Of a stretch of 64,000 nucleotides of DNA, positions 9,117 to 19,539 are shown piece by piece. The stretch lies in NCBI GenBank assembly GCA_943788985.1, contig CALSSJ010000012.1, forward strand, positions 96,001 through 160,000. Reading direction: 5' to 3'. The notes under the pieces are model-generated. The model saw only the letters and a list, made by a program, of their open reading frames with translations. It did not search any database and had not been told where the DNA came from. The position numbers and the translations under genes were made by a program. Each line of letters opens with the position of its first letter. The first letter of the stretch is position 1. Source of the stretch: an uncultured Lentisphaerales bacterium. Its GTDB lineage: Bacteria; Verrucomicrobiota; Lentisphaeria; JABSQK01; UBA12247.

Positions 9117-11537
9117 ATGAAGGCCTTACTTTTTACGGCAGTCCTGAGCGGGCTGATTCTTTGTAGCTGCCAGCCGCCGCTCGCGCCTATCCCGGAAGAA
9201 CGAAAGCCGCAGGCGGAGGCGCTTCCCGAGGAGAAACTTCCGGCGGAAGGGCTGCGTGAGAAGGACCGCCTGGCCTTTCTTTTCACGGAGATCACCATGC
9301 GCTTCCCGTGTGAGGTTAAGGATCAGGTAAACGAGATGCTTCCCCGCGTCCATACCGTGACGTTCGCTGAAGAGCTGGGGCCGATTGATGGTGAGCTGGT
9401 GATCCAGATTCCGGCGGATGTGGTCCGGGTTTGGAAGCTCTTCACCAGTCTAGACATTCATGGCAGCGGGCTTGGCCTGCACGGGCAGGAGGTCACCTTT
9501 GACACGCCGCAAGGCGAGTATCACTTCGACTTCTGGCGCAAGGACGATGTCATGCTTTCCGGGCATGCAAGCAAGATGGTGATCTCCGACGGGGATGAGG
9601 ACTACAAGGGCTACCGCATGATCGTGAAAGGGCAAGGACGTATCGATCGCATCCTGCTGCGAAATGGAGGCGGGGTTTCCGCATTTTTTGACGACGGGCC
9701 TTGGTCTACGTTAGGAAAGGATAGGCCCGTCGAGCCCGTGGAGATTTTGGTGGACGCCACGAATCGCCGCGCCATCGGCGGCAGCGTCCGGCTCGAGCGG
9801 GAGAAGTTCTGGCGGGTAGCCTCACACAACAATGCCCATCCCGGCGGCCTGCTCGCCGCCGAGTACTGCGCCGAGCGTGGGTTCTTTCCAGGCCGCGGGA
9901 TTTGGAAGTTGGACGGGCTGACCCACTGGGGCTATGGCGGTCGAGTCCTTAAAGAGAATCCCAAGAAACGAGGTGTCCCGGTGTACTCCGACTTCGATGG
10001 TCTGGAGCTGGACGTCGAGACTAAGGAGACCCGTGAGGATGCGTTCCCGCGTGATTTTAAGCATGCGAACTGTTTCGATAACTGGCCGCCTTTCATGGCT
10101 CTCCAGAACACGCGCGCGAAGAATCACAGGGGCACGCCCGCGGACTTTCAGGAAGCGGCCAAGCTGGCGTCTGCAGCGATCGGCTGGCAGAAGGCGGTGG
10201 ACGGAAGGAACGACTTTTGGTGGGAGGTCAAGAATGAGTCTACGATTACCGAGGAATGGGTGCTGCACGGTGAGGAAGGCGTAGACAGCTGGGGCAAGCT
10301 GGCAGAGTTTCATAACATTATGGCGGACGCGATCAGGAGCGCGCATCCGGATGTTCTGGTCGGCGGGCCCGCCAGCGCTTGGATGGCGCTGCACCATGCC
10401 GACTTCGATCTTGCCCGCAAGCAACTGCGCTTCATGGATGAGACCAGGGGCCATTTGGATTTCTACTCGCACCACTTCTATGAAGGCAAGGAGCTGGTGC
10501 TGTCCGCCGGGGATAGCTACCCACAAGGCTATCTGATGGGCAGGCTTGAGGGCTGTCTGGACTTGTTGAGCAGCCACATGGTGATCACCGATAACGTGCG
10601 GCCGTTTTTGATCAGCGAGACTGGGACGTTGTCCGATCGAACCACGGAGCTGGGGATCTGGCTGAATACCAAGAACATGAGCAGCTATCTGATGCGCTAC
10701 ATCAAATATCCAGACCGGATTGATCTGGTGAATCTGTGGCTGGTGCCATATGCCTGGTGGGATAAGAACGGCCATGAACTATTCAACCCTGATGAATCGG
10801 GCAAGCTCGTTGTCGACGAACGCGTGGGTTACTTGCTCGAGCTCTGGCGTGACTTTCGCGGGGATCGCCTCCCGTACAGGATTCAGAGTCAGGCCACGGA
10901 TGTGCACGTGCATACAGTTGTCGACGGCAAGACAATCTGGGTGGCCATCAATAACCTCAACGCCCACCGCATCGCGGCCGACATCTCACTGCTTGCCGGC
11001 GATGCCACAGTTCAGCGAGTTGAGCAGCTTAGGCTCTATTTCGATCGCGCCAAGATAAAGTTCGAGACCCATACCCGGAGGGGCCTGACGGCCCTGCCGG
11101 TCGCGGTGGAAGAAACCAGCCTAGTCAAGATTACTTTGGATCGCGCGCCACAGACCGGCGATGTCCTGGACGAGCGCACGTATTACGGGGACAGGACGAT
11201 CCAGGCTACAGGCGAGGACGCAGAGTTCGAGGTGGCGCTCCCGTCTGGCGAATTCGAGCGAGCACAACTGCGGGTGTGCGTATCGCGGAATGGCGGCTTT
11301 CGCAGCGCGCTGAGCGTGGCCGTGAACGGTACGGAAGTCTGCCGCGACCAAGTCATCACGGCAGCGGAGAAAACTGGCAATTACTGGGGAGCGCATACGA
11401 TCGAGATGCCAGCTGCGCTGTTAGCCCAAAGCAATGCAATTCGCGTGATGATTCCCGAAGAGGGAGGGTATGTGACTTCGGTCGCGCTGATCACGACCAC
11501 GCGCCTGATAGCCAATAGCATCCTGGAACCAAGATAG
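9117..11537 (+). CDS. lipoprotein glycoside hydrolase, GH86 beta-agarase/beta-porphyranase-like
   Basis: Lipobox-like LILCSC. Clan GH-A type WEVKNES acid/base motif, DFYSHHFYE, GRLEGCLDLL and ISETG nucleophile motif. C-terminal beta-sandwich resembles porphyranase A. Family assigned from motif recall only. Confidence 0.7.
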   Translation: MKALLFTAVLSGLILCSCQPPLAPIPEERKPQAEALPEEKLPAEGLREKDRLAFLFTEITMRFPCEVKDQVNEMLPRVHTVTFAEELGPIDGELVIQIPADVVRVWKLFTSLDIHGSGLGLHGQEVTFDTPQGEYHFDFWRKDDVMLSGHASKMVISDGDEDYKGYRMIVKGQGRIDRILLRNGGGVSAFFDDGPWSTLGKDRPVEPVEILVDATNRRAIGGSVRLEREKFWRVASHNNAHPGGLLAAEYCAERGFFPGRGIWKLDGLTHWGYGGRVLKENPKKRGVPVYSDFDGLELDVETKETREDAFPRDFKHANCFDNWPPFMALQNTRAKNHRGTPADFQEAAKLASAAIGWQKAVDGRNDFWWEVKNESTITEEWVLHGEEGVDSWGKLAEFHNIMADAIRSAHPDVLVGGPASAWMALHHADFDLARKQLRFMDETRGHLDFYSHHFYEGKELVLSAGDSYPQGYLMGRLEGCLDLLSSHMVITDNVRPFLISETGTLSDRTTELGIWLNTKNMSSYLMRYIKYPDRIDLVNLWLVPYAWWDKNGHELFNPDESGKLVVDERVGYLLELWRDFRGDRLPYRIQSQATDVHVHTVVDGKTIWVAINNLNAHRIAADISLLAGDATVQRVEQLRLYFDRAKIKFETHTRRGLTALPVAVEETSLVKITLDRAPQTGDVLDERTYYGDRTIQATGEDAEFEVALPSGEFERAQLRVCVSRNGGFRSALSVAVNGTEVCRDQVITAAEKTGNYWGAHTIEMPAALLAQSNAIRVMIPEEGGYVTSVALITTTRLIANSILEPR

Positions 11538-11546
11538 GAATTTGTC

Positions 11547-12188
11547 ATGAAGCTCATCATCTCGATCACCGCCATCTTCGCGCTCAGTGCGACACTGTTT
11601 GGTGCAGATATTGATTTCAACTCGAGCCCGCTGGGGGCCGAAGAAGTTCCGGGCTGCCAGGGGCGCTACGACATCGTCGAGGTCACGGAAGGTGATCACG
11701 CGCTCCGTGTCTACTCTGATGGCAAAGAGGACTTCGGCGGCGCACGCATCCCACTGTTGGAGGGAAAAGTAATCGAGAAGAACTTCAAGCTTTTCGTCGA
11801 TTGCCAGCTTACGACAGCCCATGCTGCAGGGCGGTTGGTGTCAATCGGGGACTGGAATGCGAACGAGTGGCTCCTGCGAATCGACGCGGTAGGCGGGAAG
11901 ATGATGCTGCGCGGGACATCGTTCCGGACTGGAAAGCCCGCTGACCGTGAGCTCTGTGCCTACAAGTCTGGCGAGTGGTTGCGAGTGGGCATAGCCGTGA
12001 ACCGTAAAACTGGCACCTACGATGTTTCAATTAAGCCTCACGATTCTAAGCAGAAACCCGTGATCGTGAAACATCTTAAGCTCAATCCGAAGGGGAAGGA
12101 CGCGGTCTACCTTGATACCGGGACTTGGCCTGGCCAGAATCCCTATGCGTTCCACCTCGACAACATCACCGTCGAAGTCGCCAAGTAA
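11547..12188 (+). CDS. secreted beta-rich hypothetical protein (paralog 1)
   Basis: Signal peptide, RBS AGGA; clearly homologous to 12253..12891. Confidence 0.8.
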   Translation: MKLIISITAIFALSATLFGADIDFNSSPLGAEEVPGCQGRYDIVEVTEGDHALRVYSDGKEDFGGARIPLLEGKVIEKNFKLFVDCQLTTAHAAGRLVSIGDWNANEWLLRIDAVGGKMMLRGTSFRTGKPADRELCAYKSGEWLRVGIAVNRKTGTYDVSIKPHDSKQKPVIVKHLKLNPKGKDAVYLDTGTWPGQNPYAFHLDNITVEVAK

Positions 12189-12252
12189 CACCGCGTCATC
12201 TCAATCGGCTGACAGCACTGCATCAATACAATTTTAGAATTGGATAGAAATC

Positions 12253-12891
12253 ATGAAGCTCCTTATACCTATCTCCATCGTGGCCCTCTCAGTAGCGAGT
12301 CTGCTGGCAGCAGATTTTGATTTTAATGACACGCCAACTGGGGCTGAACCGGTCGAAGGCTGCCGCGGCCGCTTTGACATTGTCGAGGTATCCGAAGGCG
12401 ATCACGCACTTCGCGTGTATGCCGATAGCAAGGATGATGGAGGCCGAGCACGTATCGCATTACGGGCGGATAAAGGGTTCTCCGGCAGTTTTAGGCTTCA
12501 GGTGGACTGCCGTCTCGCCAAGGCATCTGCGGCGGGCCGGCTGTTTGCAATCAGTGACTGGAATGGAAATCAGCAGTTACTCAGAGTCGATGCAACCGGA
12601 GGAAAGCGTGAGCTAAAAACCTCTAGTTTTGAAAATGGGAAGTCCATTAATCACAAGCTCTGCGACTACAAGCCAGGAGAATGGCTGACCTTCTGGCTGG
12701 TGGTGGACCGCGAGACGCAGACCTACAGCCTGTCCGTGCGGCCGCGCGGATCGAGGGCGAAGGCCACCATCCTCAAGGATCTCAAACTCGATCCGAACGT
12801 GAAAAACGCGATATTCTTCGACAGCCTGACCTGGAAAGGGCAGGGCGCATACGCGTTCGAGCTCGACAATATCATCGCCCGGCCGAACTAA
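12253..12891 (+). CDS. secreted beta-rich hypothetical protein (paralog 2)
   Basis: Signal peptide; shares DIVEV.EGDHALRVY, AAGRL..I.DWN, LLR.DA.GGK, LC.YK.GEWL and YAF.LDNI with paralog 1. Confidence 0.8.
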   Translation: MKLLIPISIVALSVASLLAADFDFNDTPTGAEPVEGCRGRFDIVEVSEGDHALRVYADSKDDGGRARIALRADKGFSGSFRLQVDCRLAKASAAGRLFAISDWNGNQQLLRVDATGGKRELKTSSFENGKSINHKLCDYKPGEWLTFWLVVDRETQTYSLSVRPRGSRAKATILKDLKLDPNVKNAIFFDSLTWKGQGAYAFELDNIIARPN

Positions 12892-12902
12892 AGGACTCAA
12901 CC

Positions 12903-13142
12903 ATGCCGCGAGCTGCCATGCTAAGTGGTATCGCCGTGCTGTTCCTCTCAAGCTGTACGACCACACCCGTGGCTGACCAGAGCACGCCGGAACCGAGGCG
13001 CAGATATGATTTCTGTGCGTCTGGCACCGAATTGCGCGCGAAATATCGGCGGTGTGACGCAATCCCGCCGGGAGACGTTTATCACTATCTTTGCCGCGCC
13101 TATGGAGAACTCCATGAGCGCGGACGACTTGCACTTTCTTGA
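12903..13142 (+). pseudogene. possible truncated lipoprotein remnant
   Basis: AAGGA RBS, MPRAAMLSGIAVLFLSSC lipobox-like start, early stop. Confidence 0.3.
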
Positions 13143-14011
13143 GGAACAACTGGAAGTTCCGTATGGCCGGGGAGACGGCGGCTCGACTTGGCACCGAAGC
13201 TAAACGCCGGCCTATCCCGAGCGACCAGATCTTCTGGACGTCACTTACATTCGTGAGCATGGCGCCACCGCCCCTGCCGAGCGTAAGGCTCGCTGGCGCG
13301 ACAACGCCGCTTATTGGCGCGAGATGATTTTCTGCACACACCCCGAGTCTTTTTGCCCGTGGGTAGAGAAAAAGGCCGCGCCGTAGGGGCCATCAACTGC
13401 CGAGGTGGCACTCGAGTTTACCGCCTAGTATCTCAAAGAGACCTGGACCGATGCCGACCGCCCCCGGTACCTCGAAATGCTGGACGAGCCCATGGTGAAG
13501 CCGCGCAAGATTCGCGGCACGCCCACAGAGATTGCCATATTGCACGTCCAGACCTCAGACGGTCCTGTGTGAATTCGGGCTTTTCTCTCGCAAGAGATAC
13601 GCTCCGAGAGTCTGCGTTTGGTCTTCGCCAAGGAGCGCGCTTTGATTGCCGCAGACCTGCTGGCTGAAATGTGCGCACCGTGCCCACCGATGACCTCGCC
13701 AGCGCTTGATTCCCGCCTTTCTGTAGCATGCGATTCGTCGCCGAAGCAAGTACCCCAGCGCATAGTAAGGAAGGCAGGGACTAATAAGTATCACGATTAC
13801 AACAGACGCGCGAGTGCTCTCAGGGCTGCGACACATTACAGGGGCATTTGCGCTGTTGGTCGGCACGCTGATCGTCAGCGAAAACATATCGCCACTCCAT
13901 GTCCGTATAAATTGCAGTCGCCCGGGCAGATACCAAGCGTAGAACCGTCGGAAACCTTCCAGACAGGAAAGTACACATCAGTAGCAAGTGCGACTTCCGG
14001 CCAACGGTCAT

Positions 14012-14039
14012 TTGACATTGGTGGACTGAGCACTAGCTT
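14012..14039 (+). promoter_or_regulatory. sigma70-like promoter upstream of the iclR-type gene
   Basis: TTGACA (14012-14017), 16 nt spacer, TAGCTT (14034-14039); AAGGAGG RBS before ATG 14093. Confidence 0.5.
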
Positions 14040-14092
14040 CCGCCAACGATATCCCGGTATTGAAAACAATACTTTCCCCGTAAGGAGGCCTG

Positions 14093-14800
14093 ATGAGCAA
14101 TAGTGGCATGCCCGGGCTGCGGCGAGGCTTTCAACTTATGGAGTGGCTGGCGGATTCGCCTGACGGACTCTCGTTTATGGAGATTGCGAAGAAATTCGAC
14201 AATCTGGCACCGGCGACGTTGTCTCGGTTGCTGAAAGCGCTGCTTGAGGAGGAACTGATCAGCCAGAATGGCACGCAGAAGTATGTCTGCGGGACACGCT
14301 TTGTGACCCTGGCGCGACGGGCGCTTGGGGTGGAATCACGAGCGGAGATCGTCAAACCCGTGCTCCGTGAACTGGCGGAGGATACAGGCGAGTCGGCCGC
14401 GTATTTCGAGCAGATCAATGACAGGCACGTGTTGGTAGCAAAGCACGAAATGCCGAATTCGTTTCACTATCAGTCAAGCGGCTTCGTGTTTCCGGACCAA
14501 CCGACGGATCCGGTGCGCTGGGCGTGTGAGGGCGATGCCGCGGATTTTCCGGAGTTGCTGCGCCAAAAAGTCGGCAGCCAGGCAGTGGTTGCCGTGCACG
14601 ATCACTGTGCTGCCATGGAGAAGTTTATCCGTTTCGATGTCATTCGCATCGTGGCGCCCGTACGCTCGTGTGGGGGCAATGCAGTGAAAGGGAGCCTGGG
14701 AATTACCGCGATCAAACAGGATTGGTCGGAGACTGAGCTACAGCGCATGTGCGAGCGCGTCAGCGAAGCGGTCGCCACCTTGCGCGGCGTAGGACGCTGA
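14093..14800 (+). CDS. IclR-family transcriptional regulator
   Basis: GLRRGFQLMEWLA...LSFMEIA...ATLSRLLKAL HTH; LRELAEDTGESA; IVAPV effector domain. Confidence 0.85.
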   Translation: MSNSGMPGLRRGFQLMEWLADSPDGLSFMEIAKKFDNLAPATLSRLLKALLEEELISQNGTQKYVCGTRFVTLARRALGVESRAEIVKPVLRELAEDTGESAAYFEQINDRHVLVAKHEMPNSFHYQSSGFVFPDQPTDPVRWACEGDAADFPELLRQKVGSQAVVAVHDHCAAMEKFIRFDVIRIVAPVRSCGGNAVKGSLGITAIKQDWSETELQRMCERVSEAVATLRGVGR

Positions 14801-14826
14801 GACTAACTAGTTAAACAGGAATAAGG

Positions 14827-16346
14827 ATGATGAACATGACCCTCGGAAACATGCTAAAACTCTTGGCCCGCGACGATCCTGGCGACGAGTGCGTTTGGGG
14901 CACCGGCGGCCACGAAAGAGACCAAACGGCCCAATATTGTGCTGATTCTGGCTGATGATTGCGCGAAGAAGGCGCTGAGTTGCTATGGCAATACTGATAT
15001 TCAAACGCCGGGACTGGATCGGCTGGCCAACGAGGGGATGCGCTTCGAACACGCGCTGACGCCGAATTCGTTCTGCACGCCAGCCCGGGCAGCGGTGCTG
15101 ACCGGAAAATACTCGCACAAGAATGGGCTGACCCATTTGAACCGGCCCTTCGATGGTTCACAGCAGACGTTTCCCAAGCTGCTGCAGGCAGCGGGATACG
15201 AGACGTCGATTTTTGGCAAGTGGCATCTGCTGACGCAGCCGACGGGGTTTGATCATTACTGCGTGATGAAGATGCAGGGGATGGTGACCAATCCCATCGT
15301 CTTTGAACCGCAGCACGAATGGGTGGTGTGGGGCAAGAACACCCGCAAGACCTACAACAACGGCGGCCGAACACTGACGGGCTACAACAATGATGCCATT
15401 ACGACGGAGGCGCTCGCCTGGCTGCGCGAGAAGCGAGACACCGAAAAGCCGTTCTGCCTGCTGCTGCATCCCAAACCGCCTCACGAGCCCTACCAGCCCC
15501 CAAAGAAGTACGCGGATTTCCTGAAGGATGTGACGATTCCCGAGCCAGCTACCTTGCTGGATGACCACAAGGGCCGGACTCCGGAGGCCATCCGTGACAA
15601 GATGTCCGCCAACCGTTTGGTGCTGAAGCAGGTCTTTCAGCCGCTGCGCAAGAAGCTGGAGAAGGAGAACCCGCAGATCACGGAGGGGGAGTTGACGCGG
15701 GCGATCTATCAGCACTACATCAAGGGCTATTATCGGCTGGTGAAGTCGGTAGATGACAATGTTGGGCCGGGTGCTCGACTATCTGGCGGAGAGCGGGCTT
15801 GAGCAGAATACGCTGGTGATCTACACGTCGGATCAGGGGTTTGCGCTGGGGGAACACGGCTTCTACAACAAGCAGTGGATGTATGAGGCGTCGCTTCACC
15901 AGCCGCTGCTGGTGCGCTATCCGGGCGTGGTTAAGCCCGGGACGGTGCATGATTCGATGGTGAACCATGTCGACCTGGCTCCGACGTTGCTGGCGGTAGC
16001 CGGGCTGCCGATTCCGCAGGACATGCAGGGATATTCGCTGAAGCCCATCCTGGAAGACAAGGCTGAGAAGGTGCGCGATGCCTCCTATTACCACTTCTAC
16101 AACCATGGCGAGCGACTGCCGGAGATGATCGGCGTGCGGACGGAACGCTATAAGCTGATTCACTACCCGGGCATGAAGGGCACCTACCAGTGGGAGCTGT
16201 TCGACCTCAAGAATGATCCAGACGAAATGAAGAATCTCTACACCAATCCTGAGTACCAGGCGGTGAAGGCGCAAATGACTCGGGAGTTGCAGACGTTGAT
16301 CAAGGACCTGGATGACCCGGTTGAAGCGCCGGAATTGGTCCAATAG
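14827..16346 (+). CDS. secreted sulfatase (Cys-type), frameshifted
   Basis: RPNIVLILADD, TPGLDRLA, CTPARAAVLTGK, GKWHL, YTSDQG..LGEHG, DLAPTLL, WELFDLKNDPDEM. Frameshifts near 14865 and 15765. Confidence 0.9.
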
Positions 16347-16446
16347 CTTTTTGAAAGGCGCTTGATGATGGTATGCACAACGCGTTGATCATGAAATCTT
16401 TAGATTCTCTATGTTGCGTCTTCCGTACCGTATGGGACACAGCTAA

Positions 16447-16717
16447 ACGGCCTGTTGATTTAATCGGGCTGAAAGCCCAACAACACCTTAGCCTAGGGCA
16501 ACGCCCTAGGTTACCATTCTCCCAAAGTCGTACGCTGAAAGCGTACTTCACACGGCGTAACGAATTGGAGCGCAAGGAGTTGAGGAACGCGTTCCCTGCG
16601 GGTGTGCCTCCGGCGCTCAGCGTTCAACTCGTAGATTGCAGAGACCTGGGGCGTTGCCCCAGGCTACGATGCCAATGGGCTTTCAGCCCGCCAAATCCCA
16701 TTAAATCAACAGGCCGT
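16447..16717. repeat. composite inverted-repeat element (MITE-like ends enclosing REP-like hairpins)
   Basis: Perfect 18-bp inverted repeat ACGGCCTGTTGATTTAAT (16447-16464) / ATTAAATCAACAGGCCGT (16700-16717). Internal inverted pairs GGGCTGAAAGCCCA / TGGGCTTTCAGCCC and CCTAGGGCAACGCCCTAGG / CCTGGGGCGTTGCCCCAGG. Confidence 0.85.
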
Positions 16718-16827
16718 GAAGCGGTGAACTCCAACGGGCTGCTCCCACCCTTGACGCCTGACGGTTTCTTCCGGTCCGAAGCAGAGCGCCGCCTATTCGC
16801 TAAACTGAAAGAAGGAATGAAAACGCT

Positions 16828-19539
16828 ATGAGTACAATTCGTATAAGACTGATGTGCTTGGTCTCTTGCGCCGCGCTGGGGCTGCCCAGCCTTGGAGCGC
16901 CGGACCAGGAGGCGGCGGGCAAGCCGATGGTGAAGAACATCCTCTTTATCATGTCGGATGACCTCAAGGCCAGCGTGCTGCCGGCCTATGGCAATGGTGT
17001 CTGCAAGACGCCCAACCTGGACCGACTCGCCGCATCGAGCATGGTCTTTGAGCGCGCGTACTGCCAGGGCCTGGCTTGTCTGCCCTCGCGGCCATCGATG
17101 TTGCGCAGTATCTATCCCCGGGCTGCGGTCACCGCGCCGACCATTGGCGAGCATCTGCAAGAGCACGGCATGCACACGGCTCGGGTGGGGAAGATCTTCC
17201 ACATGGGCGTGCCCAACGCCCAGCGAGACGGCAGTAACGGCTCAGACGTCGCGGCCTGCTGGACAGAACGCCACAACACCATCTCGCGTGAGACCTTCAC
17301 GCCAGGGCTGTACCGGCTCATGAACCGGGGGATTGCCACACGGGAGCTGAAAGGACGCCAGGGCGCAGGCACAAAGGACCGCATGTACACATCCGTCGAA
17401 GCTGACCAGGAAGACGGCTCCGACCAAGCTGATTACATGGTCGCGACAAAGGCCATAGAGCTGTTGCAGCAACGAAAGGCCGCCGCCAAGCCGTTCTTCC
17501 TGGGAGTTGGATTTGTGCGGCCCCACTATCCCATGGTGACGCCGAAGAAGTACTTCGACATGTATTCGCAGGCTGAGATCGAGACTCCGCCCCAGGTAGT
17601 GGGGGACCGGGACGACATCCCAGCGGGCGGGCTCGGCAATGATGGCAGGGGGATGAACACCACCGAAGAGGGAAGGCGGCGCATGTGGCAGGCCTACTAC
17701 GCGTCGGTCAGCTTTATGGACGAGCAACTCGGCCGCGTGATCGCTGAACTCGACCGGCTTGGGCTGCGCGATACCACCGCGATCGTGTTCACCACCGACC
17801 ATGGCTACCACCTTGGCGAGCACGGCTTCTGGCAGAAGGTCAACCTGCACGAAGAGGTGGCCCGGGTTCCGCTCATGGTCAGCGCGCCGGGCATGAAGCC
17901 AGGCCGGACCCAATCGCTGGTTGAGCTGGTGGATCTTTACCCGACCTGCAGCGATTTGCTGGGACTGCCGATCCCGGCGGCCCTGCAGGGCAAGAGTCTG
18001 GCGCGGATCCTGCGGGATCCGGCGGCAAGCGTGCGAGACACCGCTCTGTCGGTCCATCACACCCGTCCCTACGCCGCCATCCGGGCGGCGGACTGGCACT
18101 ACATGAACTACGGGGACGAGGGCGAAGAACTCTACGACATGACCAAAGACCCGCATCAATATACCAATGCAGTCACTGACGCGGAGTATGCGCCGCTGCT
18201 CAAGAAGGCGCGAGCCGCGTTCCAGGCACGGATCGAGGAAGCGGGTCTGAAGCCGCCTCGTCGGGCTACAGCCCGAGCCCGGAAAAAGCCTGCTGCGGCA
18301 AAAGCGTCACAGGGTCAACCCAACATCATTCTAATCATGGCCGATGATATGGGCTACGAGTGTGTTAGAGCCAATGGCGGGACGTCCTTCCAGACGCCAG
18401 CGCTCGATGCCCTGGCCAAGACGGGTGTCCGCTTTGAGCATTGTTATTCCCAGCCGCTCTGCACGCCGTCCAGGGTGCAGATCATGACTGGGATCTACAA
18501 TGTGCGCAACTATGTGAAATTCGGTGTGTTGGACCGGAAGCAAAGGACCTTTGCACATGCGTTGAAGGCGGCGGGCTACGCTACCTGCATCGCTGGCAAG
18601 TGGCAGCTTGGCAATGAGGGCGATGCCCCCCAGCACTTTGGCTTTGACGAGTCCTGCCTGTGGCAGCATACGCGGGGCGCCAGAGACAAGAAGAAGCGCG
18701 ATACGCGCTATCCCAATCCTCACGTGGAAGTGAACGGCAAACCCGTCGATTACACGAATGGGGAGTATGGCCCGGATGTGGTCTCGGATTTCCTGTGCGA
18801 GTTCATGGCCCGAAACAAGAACAAGCCCTTTCTGGCCTATTATCCGATGATCTTGCCCCACAATCCCTTTGTCCCGACCCCAGACAGCAAGGACCCAAAA
18901 TGCCGCGACAACCAGACAAACTTCCAGGATATGGTGGCCCACATCGACAAGGTGGTCGGCAAGGTCACCGCCAAGCTGGATGCGCTGGATATCCGCGAGA
19001 ATACGCTGGTGCTGTTTACCGGTGACAACGGCACTGCCGGGGCCATTTGGGCGCAGTTGAATGGCCGGAAGGTCCAGGGGGGCAAGGGAAAGATGACCGA
19101 TGCAGGCACCCGTGTTCCCCTGATTGCGAACTGGCCTGGCACCATTCCCGAAGGGCGAGTACTCGACGACCTGGTCGATTTTAGCGACTTCCTACCGACC
19201 CTCTGCGACGCTGTGGGGATTTCGGCGCCGCCCGTACCGAAGCTGGATGGCCGGAGTTTTCTGCCCCAGCTCAAAGGACAGCCCGGCGCTCCCCGGGACT
19301 GGGCCTACTGCTGGTACCTGTCGAAGAAGAAGACTGTGGAGGAGTGGGCCCGAACCCAGCGCTACAAGCTCTACCGCACAGGCAAGTTCTACGACATCAG
19401 CAAGGACGCTCTCGAAAAGACGCCCCTGAAGAAGCTATCGCCAGAGGCGCAGCAAGCACGGACCACGCTGCAGCAGGCCCTGGATCAATACCAAGGTGTC
19501 AGGCCGGCTGCGCTTGCTGTTCCCGCAGGAGAGAAGTGA
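16828..19539 (+). CDS. secreted tandem double sulfatase (iduronate-sulfatase-like plus arylsulfatase-like domain)
   Basis: Two complete sulfatase starts and motifs in one frame: NILFIMSDD...CLPSR and PNIILIMADD...CTPSR, joined by a Lys/Ala/Arg-rich linker. Confidence 0.92.
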   Translation: MSTIRIRLMCLVSCAALGLPSLGAPDQEAAGKPMVKNILFIMSDDLKASVLPAYGNGVCKTPNLDRLAASSMVFERAYCQGLACLPSRPSMLRSIYPRAAVTAPTIGEHLQEHGMHTARVGKIFHMGVPNAQRDGSNGSDVAACWTERHNTISRETFTPGLYRLMNRGIATRELKGRQGAGTKDRMYTSVEADQEDGSDQADYMVATKAIELLQQRKAAAKPFFLGVGFVRPHYPMVTPKKYFDMYSQAEIETPPQVVGDRDDIPAGGLGNDGRGMNTTEEGRRRMWQAYYASVSFMDEQLGRVIAELDRLGLRDTTAIVFTTDHGYHLGEHGFWQKVNLHEEVARVPLMVSAPGMKPGRTQSLVELVDLYPTCSDLLGLPIPAALQGKSLARILRDPAASVRDTALSVHHTRPYAAIRAADWHYMNYGDEGEELYDMTKDPHQYTNAVTDAEYAPLLKKARAAFQARIEEAGLKPPRRATARARKKPAAAKASQGQPNIILIMADDMGYECVRANGGTSFQTPALDALAKTGVRFEHCYSQPLCTPSRVQIMTGIYNVRNYVKFGVLDRKQRTFAHALKAAGYATCIAGKWQLGNEGDAPQHFGFDESCLWQHTRGARDKKKRDTRYPNPHVEVNGKPVDYTNGEYGPDVVSDFLCEFMARNKNKPFLAYYPMILPHNPFVPTPDSKDPKCRDNQTNFQDMVAHIDKVVGKVTAKLDALDIRENTLVLFTGDNGTAGAIWAQLNGRKVQGGKGKMTDAGTRVPLIANWPGTIPEGRVLDDLVDFSDFLPTLCDAVGISAPPVPKLDGRSFLPQLKGQPGAPRDWAYCWYLSKKKTVEEWARTQRYKLYRTGKFYDISKDALEKTPLKKLSPEAQQARTTLQQALDQYQGVRPAALAVPAGEK

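Noticed and set aside
13140..14010. Several overlapping ORFs of 60-240 aa in the gap before iclR
   Set aside because: No recognisable domains, RBS or consistent coding pattern; probably decayed or non-coding sequence.
16373..16831. 152-aa ORF between the sulfatases
   Set aside because: It is a translation of the inverted-repeat element; both strands give repeat-derived peptides (LGQRPR / LGRCPRL).
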